From Chitinophagales bacterium (lineage in GTDB: Bacteria; Bacteroidota; Bacteroidia; Chitinophagales; Chitinophagaceae): a DNA stretch of 64,000 nt. Made by a program: the position numbers and the translations under genes. Shown here piece after piece: positions 60,727-64,000 of the stretch (positions are counted from its first letter, which is position 1; every line of letters begins with the position of its first letter). The stretch covers positions 17,012 through 81,011 of the forward strand of contig JAATFV010000248.1 of assembly GCA_015655015.1 (NCBI GenBank). The letters are read 5' to 3'. The notes under the pieces were generated by a model, which saw nothing but the letters and a program-made list of their open reading frames with translations, had not been told where the DNA came from and did not search any database.

Positions 60727-61929
60727 ATGGAAGAAAAAGACGTCATTCCCTTACTTGATTTAGCCGGTATTATTTACCGGTCCCGGTCGGGAACGCTCAC
60801 CGCCGCAGAACGCCGGATCCTGGAAAATTGGCTGGCCGCCAGCAGCGCTAACCGCCGGTTAGCGGAAGAGCTGACTTCCCAAAGCTCCTTACCGGAAATC
60901 CTGGAAGAATTGGATAATGCTTCCCTGCAGCGCTCCATGGAACGGGTGTATAAAACGACCGGGGTCCCTTCCCCCGCAGGACATTTACCGGAACGCCGGG
61001 TCTATTACATCCTCCGCTATAAATGGTGGGCCGCCGCTGCGATATTGTTGCTCACCGCAGGCGCTTTTTTCCGGTACGGGAGATCCTCCGATCCTACCGG
61101 GTCGATAGCCCTGAAACAAGCTCCCCCCACAGTTGCGCCGGGCGGCAATAAGGCCATGCTGACCCTGGGCAATGGCCGGCAAATTCTCCTGGACAGCGCT
61201 TCCGATGGAATGTTAGCCAGTCAGGGAAATGCACTTATCTCGAAATCAGGCAGCGGTCAGCTGGCTTATCATATTAAGGAATCTCCCGGCAAACCCAACG
61301 AAATTTTTTATAATACGCTGGCGACCCCGCGCGGAGGGCAATACCGGCTGCTCTTGCCGGACGGGTCCACCGTATGGCTCAATGCCGCCTCTTCCATTAC
61401 TTATCCTACCGCTTTTACGGAAAAAGAAAGGATCGTACGCATCACCGGCGAAGCCTATTTCGAAGTGATCCACAACGACCGCTCCCCTTTTATAGTAAAA
61501 GCCGGCAACCAGGAGATCAGGGACCTGGGCACCCACTTCAATATCAACGCCTACGCCAATGAACCCACCATGAAAACCACCTTGCTGGAAGGCTCGGTCA
61601 AGGTGAGCAACCTCGTTTTGCAGCCCGGCCAGCAGGCCAGCACCAACAGCCAGGGAGAAACCGGCCTGGTCAGAGAAGTGAAGGTAGAGGACGTCGTCGC
61701 CTGGAAAGAGGGCAGATTCCGGTTTACCAGCGTGGACCTGGGGACGATCATGCGGCAGGTGGCGAGATGGTATGATATAGAAGTCGAATACAGGGGGCAG
61801 GTCACCGGTACCTTGAGCGGGGGGATTTCCCGTGACGCTGACCTCATGCAGCTCTTTCACATTCTTGAGCTGACCAGGAAGGTTCATTTTAATATAGAAG
61901 GCAAAAAAGTCATTGTTATACCCATGTAA
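60727..61929 (+). CDS. FecR-family anti-sigma factor
   Basis: TPRGGQY.LLLPDGSTVWLNAASS, GEAYFEV, LGTHFNI. Confidence 0.95.
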   Translation: MEEKDVIPLLDLAGIIYRSRSGTLTAAERRILENWLAASSANRRLAEELTSQSSLPEILEELDNASLQRSMERVYKTTGVPSPAGHLPERRVYYILRYKWWAAAAILLLTAGAFFRYGRSSDPTGSIALKQAPPTVAPGGNKAMLTLGNGRQILLDSASDGMLASQGNALISKSGSGQLAYHIKESPGKPNEIFYNTLATPRGGQYRLLLPDGSTVWLNAASSITYPTAFTEKERIVRITGEAYFEVIHNDRSPFIVKAGNQEIRDLGTHFNINAYANEPTMKTTLLEGSVKVSNLVLQPGQQASTNSQGETGLVREVKVEDVVAWKEGRFRFTSVDLGTIMRQVARWYDIEVEYRGQVTGTLSGGISRDADLMQLFHILELTRKVHFNIEGKKVIVIPM

Positions 61930-62126
61930 ACGACAAAAGAGGTAACCGACAGCCGGAAACAACAAACAGAAACCGGCAGCCCGTTACCCGATAAAACCGG
62001 CAATCATAAGGTTGCCCCAACAAAAACCGCCCCGTGTATCAGACGAGGCGGCCAAAAATTTGGGCGACCTGGTATAAATACAATCTGTGGACTGCTTTAT
62101 TCATTCAACCCAAACAAAACAAAGCT

Positions 62127-64000
62127 ATGCATTTAATTGCTTATGTCAGTCTTTTGCGCAAGCGGAAGGCAATTACCAAAACGCCCGGAAAATCAATTTT
62201 TCTCGCGATGAAATTAGCTGCCATTTTTTGCATTATCGGCTGCCTGGGCGCCAACGCCCACGGATTAGGCCAAAAGATCACCCTGGTGGAGCGGAATGCC
62301 CCCATGAAAGACGTCCTTCATAAGATCGAACAGCAATCCGGCTACCAGTTTTTGTTTTTTGACAATGACCTGAAGCTGGCAGGCAACATCACGATCAGGG
62401 CAAAGAACGCCAGCCTCCCAGAGGTGCTGCAGCGCTGCTTTAAAGATCAGCCGCTGAGTTATGAGATCGTAGACAGAACGGTCGTCATAAAGATTAGGGA
62501 CGTTTCTTCGCAGCAGCAGCCGACAACCGGCCCGCCCGTATTGCCGGAGCCTCCCGTGCTCGTCCATGGGCAGGTCGTTGACAGTCTCGGTCGTCCGCTG
62601 AGCGGCGTCAGCGTTTCCGTCAAAGGCACCAGGAACGGGACGAGCACCGGCGCTGACGGCAGGTATGCCTTCAATGTCTCCAATGGTAAGATCCTCGTAT
62701 TTACCAGCGTGGGATACCAGACCCGGGAATTGCCCATCGATGGAAAAGAGGAGATCAATATCACCTTATTCCTGCTGGAGCAGTCTATGGATGAAGTGAC
62801 GATCGTGAGTTACGGCACCCAGCGCCGGGCAGCTGTCACCGGGTCCATCTCGACGGTAAAGGCATCGTCGGTGGCCGACCTCCCGGTTGGACAGTTCACC
62901 CAGAAGCTGCAGGGACAGGTAGCAGGTATGAACGTCAATATCAACACGGGCAAACCCGGCCAGGGCATGGCCATCCAGATAAGAGGAGCCGTTTCCATCA
63001 ATGCGGGCAACTACCCGCTCGTCGTGGTGGACGGACAACCGCTGACGCCCAATGGCGGCGCCAATCCTATCAACAATATCAATCCGGATGAGATCGAAAG
63101 TTACACGATCCTCAAGGATGCCTCCGCCACTGCACTATACGGATCACGCGCAGCCAGCGGCGTCCTGCTGATCACTACCAAATCCGCCAGGGCGGGAAAA
63201 ACTACCGTCGACTTCAATGCGTATTACGGGCTCGCCTCCCTGGACAAAAGCCATATGCCCAAAATGATGAACGCCAACCAGCTCGCCACCTTCATGAACG
63301 AATTTTTCCAGGATAAGATAGCCAACGAAGGCTGGGTCAATCCCACCACCGGCACGGCAACGGTACCCTCCGTTTATGCCGATCCCTCCCAGTATGGCAA
63401 AGGGACCGACTGGTTAGGCCGGATCATGCGTACCGCCCCCACCCAAAATTATAGTCTTACCTTTTCTGACGCGCGGGAAAAATCATCCACTACGGTAGTA
63501 GCCGGTTATTTCGATCAGAAGGGTATTGTGAAGAACACAGATTACCATCGTTTTTCCGTAAGGGTCAATAATGAGTTCAGGCCGACAAGTTATCTAAAGA
63601 TCGGACTGGACGTCGCTCCTTCGCAACAAGTAGATCATAACAGCCAGGGCGGTCCCACGGATGGGATAAGGACCATCGTAGAAGGGTCCCTCCTCTCCTC
63701 CCCCATCGCCAAATCCCATAATCCCGATGGCGCCCTGGCCGATACGGCTTCCACCTACTATTTGCTGCAGGAGCCAAGTTTTGAAAAGGTAGCGGTGAAC
63801 CAGCATAACGTTTATACAACGACGAGGCTGATGGCCAATACCTATATCCAGCTGACACCGGTAAAGGGATTGGTGCTCAAGACGGCTGCGGATATCGATG
63901 TACAGGGACAGACCCAGGAAGGTTTTGTCAATCAATACGCCGCCGGAAGTTTCAATAACCCGACGCCAGCGCCCATCAGCCAGGTGAACGGCAGTTATGC
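62127..64000 (+). CDS. SusC/RagA transporter with N-terminal signalling domain, truncated by window end (not in ORF track)
   Basis: MHLIAYVSLL...MKLAAIF...IEQQSGYQF..., VSYGTQ, ILKDASATALYGSRAASGV; follows fecR. Confidence 0.92.
   Translation, partial: MHLIAYVSLLRKRKAITKTPGKSIFLAMKLAAIFCIIGCLGANAHGLGQKITLVERNAPMKDVLHKIEQQSGYQFLFFDNDLKLAGNITIRAKNASLPEVLQRCFKDQPLSYEIVDRTVVIKIRDVSSQQQPTTGPPVLPEPPVLVHGQVVDSLGRPLSGVSVSVKGTRNGTSTGADGRYAFNVSNGKILVFTSVGYQTRELPIDGKEEINITLFLLEQSMDEVTIVSYGTQRRAAVTGSISTVKASSVADLPVGQFTQKLQGQVAGMNVNINTGKPGQGMAIQIRGAVSINAGNYPLVVVDGQPLTPNGGANPINNINPDEIESYTILKDASATALYGSRAASGVLLITTKSARAGKTTVDFNAYYGLASLDKSHMPKMMNANQLATFMNEFFQDKIANEGWVNPTTGTATVPSVYADPSQYGKGTDWLGRIMRTAPTQNYSLTFSDAREKSSTTVVAGYFDQKGIVKNTDYHRFSVRVNNEFRPTSYLKIGLDVAPSQQVDHNSQGGPTDGIRTIVEGSLLSSPIAKSHNPDGALADTASTYYLLQEPSFEKVAVNQHNVYTTTRLMANTYIQLTPVKGLVLKTAADIDVQGQTQEGFVNQYAAGSFNNPTPAPISQVNGSY

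Overview
Chromosomal window from a Bacteroidota organism, most likely Chitinophagaceae (SusC/SusD and ECF/FecR modules, TAnnTTTG promoter elements, tmRNA tag GNTTYAMAA). In order: (1) one end of a large-serine-recombinase element abutting tmRNA, with the recombinase ORF reading antisense into the tmRNA; (2) core genes rseP, dxr, a GH3 ligase, a candidate 6S RNA, rplU-rpmA, a 32-aa H1-like peptide missing from the ORF track, a non-canonical PolX-PHP, a large sensor kinase and mazG; (3) a TolC/RND/MFP efflux locus with two PepSY/BLIP-like paralogs and two paralogous upstream ORFs ending in RGPP (candidate arrest peptides); (4) GH172/DUF6786, a small serine recombinase cassette, a Prx/DsbA pair, tRNA-Leu/tRNA-Gly; (5) an integrase-less 2.8-kb islet at tRNA-Leu(GAG) with a tandem HEPN-like protein and an AAA/DUF4143 ATPase; (6) three SusC loci. 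The best candidate for an undescribed system is the sulfatase SusC/D locus, preceded by a palindromic operator-like site and a 39-aa leader ORF ending in CCGCC, suggesting cysteine-sensing control of sulfur scavenging. The duplicated RGPP leader modules are the second candidate. All family calls are from motif recognition by eye; no searches were run.
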